A DNA stretch of 64,000 nucleotides from Tubulanus polymorphus (taxonomy: Eukaryota; Animalia; Nemertea): the NCBI RefSeq assembly GCF_964204645.1, contig NC_134030.1, positions 124,001-188,000 of the forward strand. Direction: 5' to 3'. The first letter of the stretch is position 1; each line of letters starts with the position of its first letter. Position numbers and translations under genes: made by a program. The notes under the pieces were generated by a model. The model made no database searches. It was not told the DNA's origin and saw only the letters and a program-made list of their open reading frames with translations. Below, piece after piece: positions 11,683-24,623 of the stretch.

Positions 11683-13075
11683 TGCTGCCACCTAGCGGGA
11701 ACGTTCCCGCTCGAGTTTTTTTTCTTTTTGATCAAATTCGGGGCTCGAAAAACAACAACAACAACAACAGCAACAACAACAATGACTGGACATCTTCATC
11801 TTCATCATCATCATCATTTTACACATAGTTAAAATCTCAGTTTAAAAAATAAAAAAAATATCGAATTCTACGTAATTTGCACATGATTCTTTTTCTCTCT
11901 CATTCTCTCTCTCTTTAGGGAAAGAGAGAGAAAGAGATTTCTGTATAAAAATAAAGAACAAATACAATAATAGTAGCTACAGTATATAAACATAGCAACC
12001 GTAACCTAGCGACCGACTGACCCGGCAACCCACAGCGGGAGCAGGCACTGGCGACGGATGTTTAGGTTTTCGAAGAAAGAAAGACTAGTCTAATACTGAG
12101 ACAGAATAACTCTACATAAAATAAACATCTTCACACCACACGCCGCGCGTTACCAATCCGGTATAGTGCTGCCCCCTGGAGGTTCGATTCATAGATACGA
12201 GGGAGAGCGTGAGTAGATGCAGAATAAAGCTAACAGTCGTTCTAAAGACTGGATTAAACATAGAATAGAATATTTATCATCATTATCAGTATTATCTTAT
12301 ATCAGAGAAAATATCTATACAAATAGACAATCAATTTACAATCGGTGATAACTAAACCTATACGTTACAATAGGAGGGGGGGGGGGGTAGGTGGCAGAGA
12401 GGGAGGAGAGGGACTGATCACTCTTCTATTTATATCTATTATGCTGAGATTGTCTATATTTTATTTCATGTTCCTCTGTCTCTCACCCGTGGCGCGACAC
12501 CACCTCTGGCAGCTGAGGCATCTCTTATTACAGTATAGTACCCGTGCTGCCACCTGGTATCGATTCTCATCATTAATATATATAGATATATAAATATTTA
12601 TACAATGCTGCCACCTACAGGCAAACGAGGGAAACTTCAACGTAACCCTCGAATTTAACCGACGTGCTGCCACCTAGTGGTGAAAGAAATTTGATATCTG
12701 AACACGGGTGTGTGCTGCCACCTACTGGGAGAAATTTTACAAATTCAGCACAAACCGCTGTTGCCACCTAGTGGCAGGTTTCAGAGTTCAAACGAGATTC
12801 AATTTAAAGGAGATCGAGAAATATTTATATAAAAAACTGTTTACAAGAAGAGATTCAGAGAGTACCTCGTGAGGGGAGTACTCACTCCGCGAGGGGAGAA
12901 TATCCCCCTTAGGGGGGTACACCCCCTGTTCGAGGGTACAGCATGCAAAATATAGAAAATACAACATACAAATCACTATCGTATGTTCAACAATGTACAC
13001 CTGGATTAAAGTAAAAATAATATTCCAGGATTAATATTCACACTATTATAAACCATGCACTAGCGCCCCCTGACG
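11683..13075. promoter_or_regulatory. Cluster of at least 8 same-orientation CTCF-like motifs 3' of SMUG1
   Basis: TGCTGCCACCTAGTGG-type sites at 11683, 12167, 12545, 12606, 12665, 12713, 12759 and 13061, embedded in otherwise non-repetitive DNA. Confidence 0.6.
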
Positions 13076-13094
13076 AACGTACGAACGAACAGTC

Positions 13095-16000
13095 TCATTG
13101 TTGATGATGATGCTGTTGTTGCTGTGCAGCGCCGGGATGTTGAGGATGCTGAGACGAGGTCGACGCGATCGCCGCAGCCCGTGATCCGTTACAGTCGTCG
13201 TGGGCGACGAGATATTGATAAACTCCGTAGTCTATTAATTGTTTACGCGCGATTTCCTCCCAACCTTTATTAGCTATCGGGTTTATAGGACTGGGATGCA
13301 TCAGAGCGTCCACTTGTACGTGTTCGAGACCATCGTTTTTAAGAGCTAACTGAGCTCGTTCCTCCGCGTATTTACCTACGGCTATAATGTGCTGCACCTG
13401 CAGTAATCTGACTACGTCGCATAGCGCCACATCGCACGCTTCCATCAGGTGCCGAGAGTCCGTTTTAGGCATTTGTGCCGGAGTGACGTTTTTACCGGAT
13501 GCAGTCATGAATGCGAACGGGCAGTGATTGTGCACGAAACAATGTTTAAAGAAATTCTCGGCGGTTACGCACGTTTTCTGGAAGAATCCCCAAAATCTTG
13601 ATCCACTCACCTAGAAATATATAACATCGGGGTTATAACTAAATCACGTACCGGGTGAATCCAAATCCACAATTTACCTTCACCAGGATCCCTACACATC
13701 ATTGATTCCTGGATATAAGGAGTTTTCAATGATGAAAGAAATTCTAAATTTTGAGGAATTATCTGCTTAACTTTCTTAAATCCCGATTACTGCAGACTTC
13801 TCCTATATCTGTTTATCTTTAGATGGTTTTGTTAACTAATTTTTACCCTGAAAACTACCTGAATTCGGTTTCTAATCTTATCACTGTTAATGTCAATTGG
13901 AAGGCAGGGGCAAACCCACCCTTTGATCGCACCTGCTGATATCGGAACTGTGGAATTGGGCACAGAATTGAAGACCAGTTCCACAGTCCATACTTGTGGA
14001 TCTAGTTCCACCCTAGGCCCTGTTTTTGACTGGTCAAAAGTTAGTTAAACTTCTATCAACGCCCGGCCGATGTAGAGGTTAAAACGCGCTGCTGAGGGGT
14101 TGATGAGTAATATTTACCTCAGTTCTCTCACATTCAAATCCTTTAACAGGTCGTTTAGGATGTTCTCTCGTCGGTTTGCGTATAGTACCCTGAACTCCGA
14201 GCCAATTCTGTACTATACTCACTTCTCCAAACGGTATCTACAATATTTATAACATTAGATTACATTTTACAGGGCAGTACTGGTATTAGACAATAGAGGG
14301 CAGTACTGGTATTAGACAATAGAGGGCAGCACTGGTATGACAATGGTCGCACTATCTTTACAGCGTTGTTCAAAATATTCTAAAAATTTCCGTGAAATGA
14401 GATTCAAATAGTAATGTGAATTCTAGACCGGGATCCACTGGTTAAAACTTCATCGGAAGATGAACTGATTTTAACCCTTTAACTCAATCAACACCAATGT
14501 GGATCCAGGAATCAGTTCCACATTTCACTAGATCAGTATTTGGTTCTAGAGATGAAGTATTTGAACGAAGTAATTTCTGTGGAATCAAACTCCGAGAACA
14601 GTTGCTTATAAGTTAGTTAAAGATAACCGGCAGATAGATTCCGTAAGGAACTTTTTATTGTCACTATGTCAACTATCCATTGGTTAACCCTAACCAGCTT
14701 TTCAGCAACTGCAGCCCCAAAGTCCTGATTAACTGACTGACTGATTGATTGACTGACTGGTTAATTGACTGATTGACTCACCCCTGTTTGTGACATTCCA
14801 AATGGACCTGGATTCATTCCTAAGAACAGAACAGTTTTCCTGCCGTTACAATATTTCCTCACGTAATCGCTGTGCGTCTCGAACGCGTAATCGAACGGGT
14901 TGTAAATATGCGTAATCGGATCTCGAAATCTCATCGTACTCAAAACATCTCCTAACGATTTCTCGATCTTCAGAAATATCTCGCAAATCGGCCCGGAGAA
15001 ATCAGTGAACCTTCGATATACGGGTGGAACGAACCCGGGAACGTAGCCCCCGGACGCCGGATCGAAGTGATAATCGAGTGACACTTCTCCGTTAACCGTT
15101 ATATTACAGTTTTCGCCCCATTCCAATTTACGTTTTTTAGCTTTTTTCTTCGTACCTTCCTCGTTATCGTCGAGTCCGTAGTAATCGACCGGCTGATAGT
15201 TCATCGGGGGATACGACCAGGTGCGATCTGGTACGCCGTATCCACCGAACGATGAGATACCCGGTAACGCAGCTGCAGAGAATTCACGTTTCATCGACGC
15301 CCGATGCGGTATAGGCATGTGCGGAGAATGGGCGTCCGGTGGATACGCTCCGGCGTAGGGATGAGGATGATGATGGTTATCTGTAGGGTATCCCCAGCCC
15401 GGTAACGCAGCCTGATACATACCGCAGTTACTGGACGTGAAGCCTTGATAAGAGTTTCCGTATTCGCTTTTAAACTCCGGGTGTAAACTATGATTCTGAT
15501 GATAAACACCAGCTGCGGCAGCTGCACTTCGTACCTGACTCTCGAAATACGCAGGTGCGTGGTTGTATATATCGGCCGTTAAAGCCTGGGGTAACGACGG
15601 CGGCGGTCCAGTAGGTGGCGCAGCTGTAGAATATATATCCGGTGCTCCGTTACGGTGATTAGACTGCGGTGGCGCCGGTGTATATGGCTCGTAACTCTGC
15701 GACGTGACAGCAGGTGGAGCTGCGGCGACAGGGGGAGCCACCGTGCTCTGATATGCTTGATAGACGTCGTGAGGACTAGAGGATGTAATCGGGTGAGGTG
15801 AATCTGAATTCTGAGGGTGACTGAATGCCGGAGACCGAGGCGGTATAGACGACTGACCACCGGTCGCTGACAGGTCTAAACTAGTCGGAGCCTCAGCGCT
15901 TCCAGGACAAGACAGATCCGACACGCTACCCGGAGTCGGAGCTTTAAACTGACACGCGTTAAACGGTTGAGTCTCGTGTTTTACGAGATTCTGCGGAATC

Positions 16001-16194
16001 CCGACTCCCGGATCCGGTGAATAGTTAAACGATTGTTGCGTCGCTATGGTATCGTTGTAAGGGCTCGAAGTATCGTCACATTCCCGTTTTAAAACGGACT
16101 GCGTGAATTGTTCCAGATACTGAATCTCGTTGATCGGTCCAAAATCTTCAAAGTCTAAATTTTGATGCGGTGTTTTAGTAGTTGGTGCATCCAT
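13095..16194 (-). CDS. SMUG1: Single-strand-selective monofunctional uracil-DNA glycosylase, 682 aa; exons 16194-14782, 14237-14118, 13610-13095
   Basis: Motifs IYNP.DYA, VLFLGMNPGPFGMSQTG/IPFGEV..V.NWL...EHPKRPV.G.EC..TE/VSGSRFWG, NHCP and MHPSPINP.ANKGW. Both introns are phase-0 GT-AG. A UTR acceptor lies at 16362. Confidence 0.96.
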
Positions 16195-17031
16195 TGTCGG
16201 ATAGATGGCGCTGTTTACGGATGATTTTAGGTTGAGTGTCGACGGATACGTTTGTCCGAGCGCGGGTATAGTTACAATAATAGACGTCGGTCGGTTGTAA
16301 ATTAGATCGGTATTAATCTAATCGACCGGTCCATTTTAATCCACGCTTAAACAGTTTTAATCCTAGAAAACAATAGAGAAATAAACATCGCATTATTACA
16401 ACAATTAAAATTAGATCAGTTATAATTTATAAACAATGAGACCTGGGCTAGGGGCTGCCGGAGCTAGGCCCGTGGGGGGGGGGGTAATGCACCCGGCACC
16501 GCGGGCTAGGATCATACACAGTTACACTAAAACTAGAGTAAAGGTAGAACATCATGAGCTAACACAGACTCAGATCTAGATGGGAGCAGATCTGAACCGA
16601 TGATCCAGGCGCAAGTTCTTTGTGACGTTTTAAAATACAATAGCTATATTTTTCAGGGTTTGTTTTCCATGCAAGATTTAACTCATAATCTCTTAAATTT
16701 CCATCATGTGCCCAGAAATTGTATTAAAATGCGCTGAAATTTTCGAATTTTTCAGACCCTTGTTTTTTGGCCTCATGGATACTACTTGCCCTTTCTCAAT
16801 ATATAAATACATCTTATTTACTTTGATTGACTGTAATAGTTTGCCCTCTGGATCTAAACCTGAGGCCTGAGTAGGACTAACATAGTATCAGGAGAGGACT
16901 GTATCTGCTGCTGCTGCTGCTGCTGCTTGTTTCATTGTTTAGCTAATTGTGTGAGATATTGATATTTGCAGAATCTCAAAATCTCAATGCAACTTTAAAA
17001 CAGATAAGAACAATAAGTAAGAGTTGACTGG

Positions 17032-17071
<40 letters not shown>

Positions 17072-17624
17072 TTGAAGATCACGGTTTTAATGATTATAAT
17101 CGTGTTCGAATAAAACACGGTGACTGAAAAATGGCTTTTTGGAGAAAAGCCAGCAACAAAAACCTCGCTATAAATACGTGAAATAGAGATGTTTTGAGAG
17201 GTCATTGAGAGGTCAATTCAACGCTACAATATACACTGTAACATACACTATATACAATATATACTATACCTCGATATAAATACAGCAAAATACAGCTATT
17301 TATTCAAATTATTGGCAAATTTTTCATTTTTCATAGAAATCTATTCTTTGATCAGCGCGCCCTCTTTTAGTCGTGGCTGACAACATGACACATTGGTCGA
17401 TACGAAAATGAAAACTCTGCAGTCGCCACGACGTATGTAAATATCGTGTAGATGGCAGCACCGGACGGTATATACGTGTCAAGCGGGCGCCGGGTACAGG
17501 GTTGAATATGTCGAGTCCGATTACATTTATTAGAAGTTATTAGAAAATGAAAATGACACGATGTTTTTGCCCTCTTGACTGTGATTAATAATAAGACTCA
17601 GGACAATTATTAGAAGCTTAGAAT

Positions 17625-17990
17625 CATAACAATAGTGAACGCAGAAATTATTCTTTTCGGTTATATACTACACGAGGATCGAGAGCAGGGAAGAAAGCAG
17701 AGTTCTGTATCATCTTGCACAAGATGCCGGATGGCCAACTTATTCTAAATGAACCTTTGCGAAAAAGATTTCTTTATCTATAGTAACAGTGACGACGGTT
17801 ACAATGACGGTTATGGTGACGGTAACGGTGACACTAACGGTAACGCTGACAGTGATAGTTAGTAAGACACCAGGTTTTACATACGAGTCAACTCTGATGG
17901 TAGTTTTTCAGACTCAAGTTCTATCGGCCAATTGAATTCAACAATATCTGGTCTTTGTCGGTTGAAATCCGACCCCAACATAATTTGTAT
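17625..17990 (+). pseudogene. Degenerate 3' fragment of the TRIM-like propeller gene family
   Basis: Aligns by eye to 19755-20095 (ATAACAA..GAACGCAGAAATTATTCTT, GTTCTGTATCAT, GAACCTTTGC, AGTAAGACAC, TGATGGTAGTTT, TTGAAATCCGACCCCAACA), with frameshifts and a GTGACG-type insertion. Confidence 0.85.
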
Positions 17991-18716
17991 ACGTAATTTA
18001 TAGCCCCTGAGGCTAAAAAGTAGTACATTATCAGAAGGTTTTTAGATTAAAATCAAAATGACGCGACGTTTTGAACTGTAAACTGACGTGATAAGAGACA
18101 TTTTAAAAACTCGCGCGCAAGTGTCGCATTTTTCCTGACCTAAAATCTTAGAGTAATCAGACTGATTACCCCAAGCCTAAATACATCGTATCTCGGGTGC
18201 GCAGTTATAATCACAAGACACCTCCAAACCACAAACAGACGTTACGTATTCATAAACCGTTTTACCTACCGTCTAAACATCTTCAGAAAGAGTTTCATTA
18301 AAGAAGGTAAGAACAAAGTTTTACCATCTGATAATAGACCGTACGAGAAACTGATTTACTAAAATGGTATTTCACAGTCGTGTTTACTGTACAATCACTT
18401 TCGTTTTCTTTAATGAGTAATGCGAGTAATGCACAGGAATAGAATAACATAGAAAGGGGAGTGGGCGGTGTTGGATGTAGGAGGTCACAGCGAAGCCTCC
18501 TAGGCATATTTTGTAGCCACGATTTTAGCCCAGAAACGATATGTAGCTCGTGACGTGCTTTTTAGATGATTGTGATGATTTTCTAGGTCATTAGTTTCTG
18601 TGTTATTCACCAGAGGGCGTTGGCTATTGAAATTAGGACTAGTTAAACTGGTACATGTTTTCACTTTGTGACTCCAGTAACTCACACCAGGTGTCTCTCT
18701 ATTTTCAGAGTAAATC

Positions 18717-20165
18717 ATGGCGCTTCAAAAGTCGATGAAGAATATTGAGACGCACAAGACAATGTTAACTGATCTTGTCGCTAATATCAGTAACACAACA
18801 CAGGAGAGGATGGCTGAACTACTGAGTGTAGAACAAGATGTTAAACTATCTGTGGACAACATGAAAATACAACTAGATGTTTGGTATGAAGAGTACAAGT
18901 CAAAGATTGATATCAGGCGACAGGAATTACAGGGAATCTCGAAGGATGCGCTGAAGAAGGTGACGAAATGTTTGAACAAGTTGACGATGTTTGAGTCGTC
19001 ATTGGTTAACATGGAACAAGGTAAAATAGATGTAGAGGATATAGAAGAGTTCACTAATGATCATATAAAGTTCGCTGTTGGTGATGTTGACGCATTGGTT
19101 GAAGCAACTCAAGTTGAAAATGTGAATATTTGTTTCAAGCCTTCTGGTGTAGCACTTTCAAAATCAGTTGTTCTGGGAGAGTTGGATGATAGCACAACTA
19201 CTCGACAGGGAGCTGTGGGAGGGGTCGGAAGTGAGGCCGTAGCTGCGATAGAAGATCGTCCGAATAAAACCTTCGAAATTACTGAATTCAGGGGAAATGA
19301 AATTTCCAATAACAATGGTTTTATAACAGCCTTGCCGGATGGTAACATAATGCTTGATAGAGATAAAGTTGTGGATGAACGACTTGTTAAAGTTGATGCT
19401 GATCCAATATTTGTAAACATGTCGAATCTTTCTGAAGTAAGACTGGATTATGAAACTGATTTGTTGTATGCGTTCTGCGAAGATACGGATAAGATAAGCG
19501 TCCACCGGTTTAGCTTAGTAACAACAGCAGCCGGGCGACAGGTTTACAAGTGTACCGGGTTTGTCCCAACGTTGCCAGGAATCGACAGAATCAATGCTTG
19601 TTTCATTACAAACAACCAGTTATACATTGGCAGCGAGAATGTACTTACGTATTTCAAAATCAAACCGGTCACCGCAGGAGCAGATACCAATACCAGGTTT
19701 ATTGATAAACAATCAAAGATGGCGCTTACCGTTGATAGTACGATCAGAGATATCATAACAACAATGAATGCAGAAATTATTCTTGTCTGTTTTAAAATAC
19801 ACGAGGATGACAGCAGGAAAGAAGCAGTTCTGTATCATGTTACACAAGATGCTGCCCAACTTATTGTAAAACATAGAACGAACCTTTGCAAAAAGGGAAC
19901 ATATTCATTGGTCAGTCTGTTTTGTCCGACAAGTTCCTACATTATTGTGTTTATTTCTTTCGACAACAGTAAGACACGGGTTTATCAGACAAGAGTTAAT
20001 ACTGATGGTAGTTTATCGGATCCAAGTCCTATCGGCGAAATCAACTTGTCAACATATCGAATTTGTCGTTTGAAATCCGACCCCAACACAATTTGTGCAA
20101 TTGATTGTTTTGATATCGACAAGATAGCGTCGTATCGGGTAACAGAATCTGGAGGATTAGAATGA
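18717..20165 (+). CDS. TRIM-like coiled-coil + putative beta-propeller (NHL-like) protein lacking RING/B-box, copy 1 (482 aa)
   Basis: Single-exon ORF. N-terminal ~100 aa heptad-rich helix, F.P....LGEL linker typical of invertebrate TRIM-propeller proteins, beta-strand-rich C-terminus. The upstream acceptor is followed by an in-frame TAA; UTR donor at ~18306. Family assignment is inference. Confidence 0.7.
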   Translation: MALQKSMKNIETHKTMLTDLVANISNTTQERMAELLSVEQDVKLSVDNMKIQLDVWYEEYKSKIDIRRQELQGISKDALKKVTKCLNKLTMFESSLVNMEQGKIDVEDIEEFTNDHIKFAVGDVDALVEATQVENVNICFKPSGVALSKSVVLGELDDSTTTRQGAVGGVGSEAVAAIEDRPNKTFEITEFRGNEISNNNGFITALPDGNIMLDRDKVVDERLVKVDADPIFVNMSNLSEVRLDYETDLLYAFCEDTDKISVHRFSLVTTAAGRQVYKCTGFVPTLPGIDRINACFITNNQLYIGSENVLTYFKIKPVTAGADTNTRFIDKQSKMALTVDSTIRDIITTMNAEIILVCFKIHEDDSRKEAVLYHVTQDAAQLIVKHRTNLCKKGTYSLVSLFCPTSSYIIVFISFDNSKTRVYQTRVNTDGSLSDPSPIGEINLSTYRICRLKSDPNTICAIDCFDIDKIASYRVTESGGLE

Positions 20166-21893
20166 ATACAATGAGAAACGAGTAGTACTATCTAGGTTTA
20201 ACTAGTATATCTGACACACGAGAGATTTCGTTACTAATGTAGTTTCATCACTCACCTAATAGTAGTTGTAAATATACGTATCTAGATCAAAGGTCGAAAA
20301 ACTAGTAAAAAAACTAGTCACACCTATAAAGTACTATCCGTCTCTTCTATTCTACACCCGGTTTACACCAGGCTACTTTAATTAAGAATGTGTTAGGTGT
20401 AACACGATATTTTGTTCAGTCTCTCGATATCCAAAACAAGCCGGACCCAATCGCTATAACGTGGTAGAAATCTGGTATAAACATGCCTGACTTTCCAAAG
20501 ATGACCTAAATAAAGTTGTAGTAAGCAAAAGTGATGTAAAATAAATAAATAAAAAGTTATTAGTAATATGATGAATAACAGACTCCCTGGGACCAGTTTC
20601 ACAGTCGGGGCTCCAGTCCAGTCCTAACACCAGCTCAGTTCTGTAGATAATCTAACAACTTGAGACCAATCCTCAAGATTCAAGATCGCTTTCGGACTCA
20701 ACTGAAGACTGTGAAACTGAGACCTCCCGGATCACTATAATCAATGGAATCAATTAAATGTTGTCAAGCTTACGTCCGTTCTGATATCGAGAATTCTTTG
20801 AATCAGGTTCAGAGGAATCCGCGATAAGGACATAACAAATCATTGTAAGACGTTTAGTAACTTATAACTAATATTTCTTTATAATCGAAATGGCAGCGAT
20901 GAAGCGCCATGTCCTCAATATATAGGTACTAATGTAATCTAACTGTATATATGCAATTGTATCATGCCACCGGTTCTGTAAAAATCAGACACACGTGACC
21001 AGTATCGCACTATAGTTTTGCTTGTACGTATGATATTGATAATGAATATCATAAATTTATTAATCTGTATGAAAGTTATTGTTCAATGTTTCTATCAGGT
21101 CCGAGAAATTCATCACATATCGCCACAGTAGACGCTGTTTGGGAGCATGCGCACTGATTGAAAACAAAATGGCGGAAACTCTTCCTGCCCGGATTGACGG
21201 AACCACAAAAACTGCAGCCCTAACCCGGAGCCCTTTCATGTGTAAACTATAGGGTAGAATAACCCTAATTTGAGGATACATCCGCGTGGCAACCGAGAGA
21301 GGAACTAAACATAAAACTAGACACTGGTCTCGATCTCGGTATAATTCAGAGTTTATTGAGAAACAAAACCTACTGTTGATGATTACAACATTCATTGACT
21401 GATTGTTTCAGAGTTCAGATTAAAAGTCACATTTATCAGAAAAGGGGAAATTACTCGATAAACTCTGATGAAATGAAACTGCAAATTTGATGTTTTCATC
21501 ATCGACTGTTGGATTTCACCGAGCAACCAAAACAATGGAAATCTCGAATTAACCTCGATCTTCAACTCTTCAAGAAAGTTGATTAGTCTAAAATCACTAA
21601 CAATACCAGGTGCGCAAAGTTTATAACACAAGAATTTGCTTAAAAAATTAAAAAAATTCTTTAAAAAAATGTAGACATAAAACTTGATATAAAACTAGTG
21701 AAACTATAAAAAAACGAATGAAGGAATTTTCAGCTATAATCGAAAGAAAGGGAAACGTTTGATTATGCTTATCTTTGTGAACTTAAAACTGATAACGACA
21801 AAGACAAGAACAGACTATAAACACAATCACAGATCAAATACCTGTATGTAGAATCTAGCTGGTCATAGTGAAATATATATTATACCTGTGAGG

Positions 21894-24623
21894 ATGGATT
21901 TATATGTGCTGGCTGTTTGTTTGTTATTGGTGGTGTTACCACTAAAAACAGGTATGTAGGGGGATCACACATGACAGGTATGGAGGGGGATCACACATGA
22001 CAGGTATGGAGGGGATCACACATGACAGGTATGGAGGGGGATCACACATGACAGGTATGGAGGGATCACACATGACAGGTATGGAGGGGGTCACACATGA
22101 CAGGTATGGAGGGGGATCACACATGACAGGTATGTAGGGGGATCACACATGACAGGTATGGAGGGGGGTCACACATGACAGGTATGTAGGGGGATCACAC
22201 ATGACAGGTATGGAGGGGGGTCACACATGACAGGTATGGGGGGATCACACATGACAGGTATGGAGGGGGATCACACATGACAGGTATGTAGGGGGATCAC
22301 ACATGACAGGTATGGAGGGGGGTCACACATGACAGGTATGTAGGGGGATCACACATGACAGGTATGGAGGGGGGTCACACATGACAGGTATGTAGGGGGT
22401 CACACATGACAGGTATGGAGAGGGGTCACACATGACAGGTATGTAGGGGGATCACACATGACAGGTATGTAGGGGGTCACACATGACAGGTATGGAGGGG
22501 GATCACACATGACAGGTATGTAGGGGATCACACATGACAGGTATGGAGGGGGATCACACATGACAGGTATGTAGGGGGATCACACATGACAGGTATGGAG
22601 GGGATCACACATGACAGGTATGGAGGGGATCACACATGACAGGTATGTAGGGGGTCACACATGACAGGTATGGAGAGGGGTCACACATGACAGGTATGTA
22701 GGGGGATCACACATGACAGGTATGTAGGGGGTCACACATGACAGGTATGGAGGGGGATCACACATGACAGGTATGTAGGGGATCACACATGACAGGTATG
22801 GAGGGGGATCACACATGACAGGTATGTAGGGGGGTCACACATGACAGGTATGTAGGGGGATCACACATGACAGGTATGGAGGGGGGTCACACATGACAGG
22901 TATGTAGGGGGTCACACATGACAGGTATGGAGAGGGGTCACACATGACAGGTATGTAGGGGGATCACACATGACAGGTATGTAGGGGGTCACACATGACA
23001 GGTATGGAGGGGGATCACACATGACAGGTATGTAGGGGATCACACATGACAGGTATGGAGGGGGATCACACATGACAGGTATGTAGGGGGATCACACATG
23101 ACAGGTATGGAGGGGATCACACATGACAGGTATGGAGGGGGGTCACACATGACAGGTATGGAGGGGGGTCACACATGACAGGTATGGAGGGGGATCACAC
23201 ATGACAGGTATGGAGGGGGATCACACATGACAGGTATGGAGGGGGATCACACATGACAGGTATGGAGGGGGATCACACATGACAGGTATGGAGGGGGTCA
23301 CACATGACAGGTATGGAGGGGGATCACACATGACAGGTATGGAGGGGGATCACACATGACAGGTATGGAGGGGGATCACACATGACAGGTATGGAGGGGG
23401 ATCACACATGACAGGTATGGAGGGGGATCACACATGACAGGTATGAGGGGGGTCACACATGACAGGTATGGAGGGGGATCACACATGACAGGTATGGAGG
23501 GGGATCACACATGACAGGTATGGAGGGGGATCACACATGACAGGTATGGAGGGGGGGGGGGGTCACACATGACAGGTATGGAGGGGGATCACACATGACA
23601 GGTATGGAGGGGGATCACACATGACAGGTATGAGGGGGGTCACACATGACAGGTATGGAGGGGGATCACACATGACAGGTATGGAGGGGGGTCACACATG
23701 ACAGGTATGGAGGGGATCACACATGACAGGTATGGAGGGGGATCACACATGACAGGTATGAGGGGGGTCACACATGACAGGTATGGAGGGGATCACACAT
23801 GACAGGTATGTAGGGGGATCACACATGACAGGTATGTAGGGGATCACACATGACAGGTATGGAGGGGGATCACACAGTAGTTCATTTTCAATGTGAAGAA
23901 TCAAGTTTAACCCAACAATTGTAGAACTAGTTCCTGATGATACAAAACTTGATGAAGTTTCGATTTCAAATGTGTGTAGTTCTTTAGTTTTAAAGTAGTA
24001 TCACATTTATTATACAACTTACCCTCTCTAAACGACTGTTAACCATGAGCATAGATAGTCCTAGGTTGAGAATTAATGCCCTTATTGTCATAGTACCCTG
24101 GGTCATTGACTGTGTGGAATCGAGACGAGAATGGAGAGAGAGAGAGTAGAGAGGGGGTACAGGGAGAGAGAAAGGGAGAGAGGGAGAAGGGAGGAGAGAG
24201 GGAGATAATTTTCTTTGAAGTTTTGAATTGTCTCTATCATTTCACCATTATCATGAATGATATGAATTAGACAGTTTTTAAATAGATAATAGACAGCAGA
24301 CAGACAGCCTGAAAATAATCGATAACATCCTCGAACGCTAACAAAGAGATGATCATTATATCATTATATATAGTTGTATAGAACGTATGTATTACGTCAT
24401 ATAACTATTCGAACAGTGGGCGACATTAGTGACTGATTCTTTTATTGTAGATCAGGTATCGACAGCAACTACTGCAGTCCAGCCTACTACAACTACCACA
24501 GTCCAGCCTACTACAACTACCACAGTCCAGCCTACTACAACTACCACAGTCCAGCCTACTACAACTACCACAGTCCAGCCTACTACAACTACCACACTCC
24601 AGCCTACAAGTTATCATTTATAG
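21894..24623 (+). CDS. Truncated mucin copy 1 (exons 21894-21951, 24451-24623): 76-aa signal peptide + Thr-rich peptide; pseudogene or secreted form
   Basis: Same signal exon and acceptor as the full gene; stop reached after ~6 QPTTTTTV repeats at the duplication junction. Confidence 0.65.
21948..23877. repeat. ~26-bp minisatellite (ACAGGTATGGAGGGGGATCACACATG)n starting at the mucin exon-1 donor, copy 1
   Basis: Roughly 75 units with variable G-run length. Confidence 0.97.

Noticed and set aside
20393-21631. Short minus-strand ORFs repeated in all three duplication units
   Set aside because: Conservation reflects recent duplication of non-coding DNA; non-ATG starts and no domain signal.
21948-23877. 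CRISPR-like appearance of regular short repeats (also 45703-47350, 9518-9931)
   Set aside because: Head-to-tail units without unique spacers, no cas genes, eukaryotic context.
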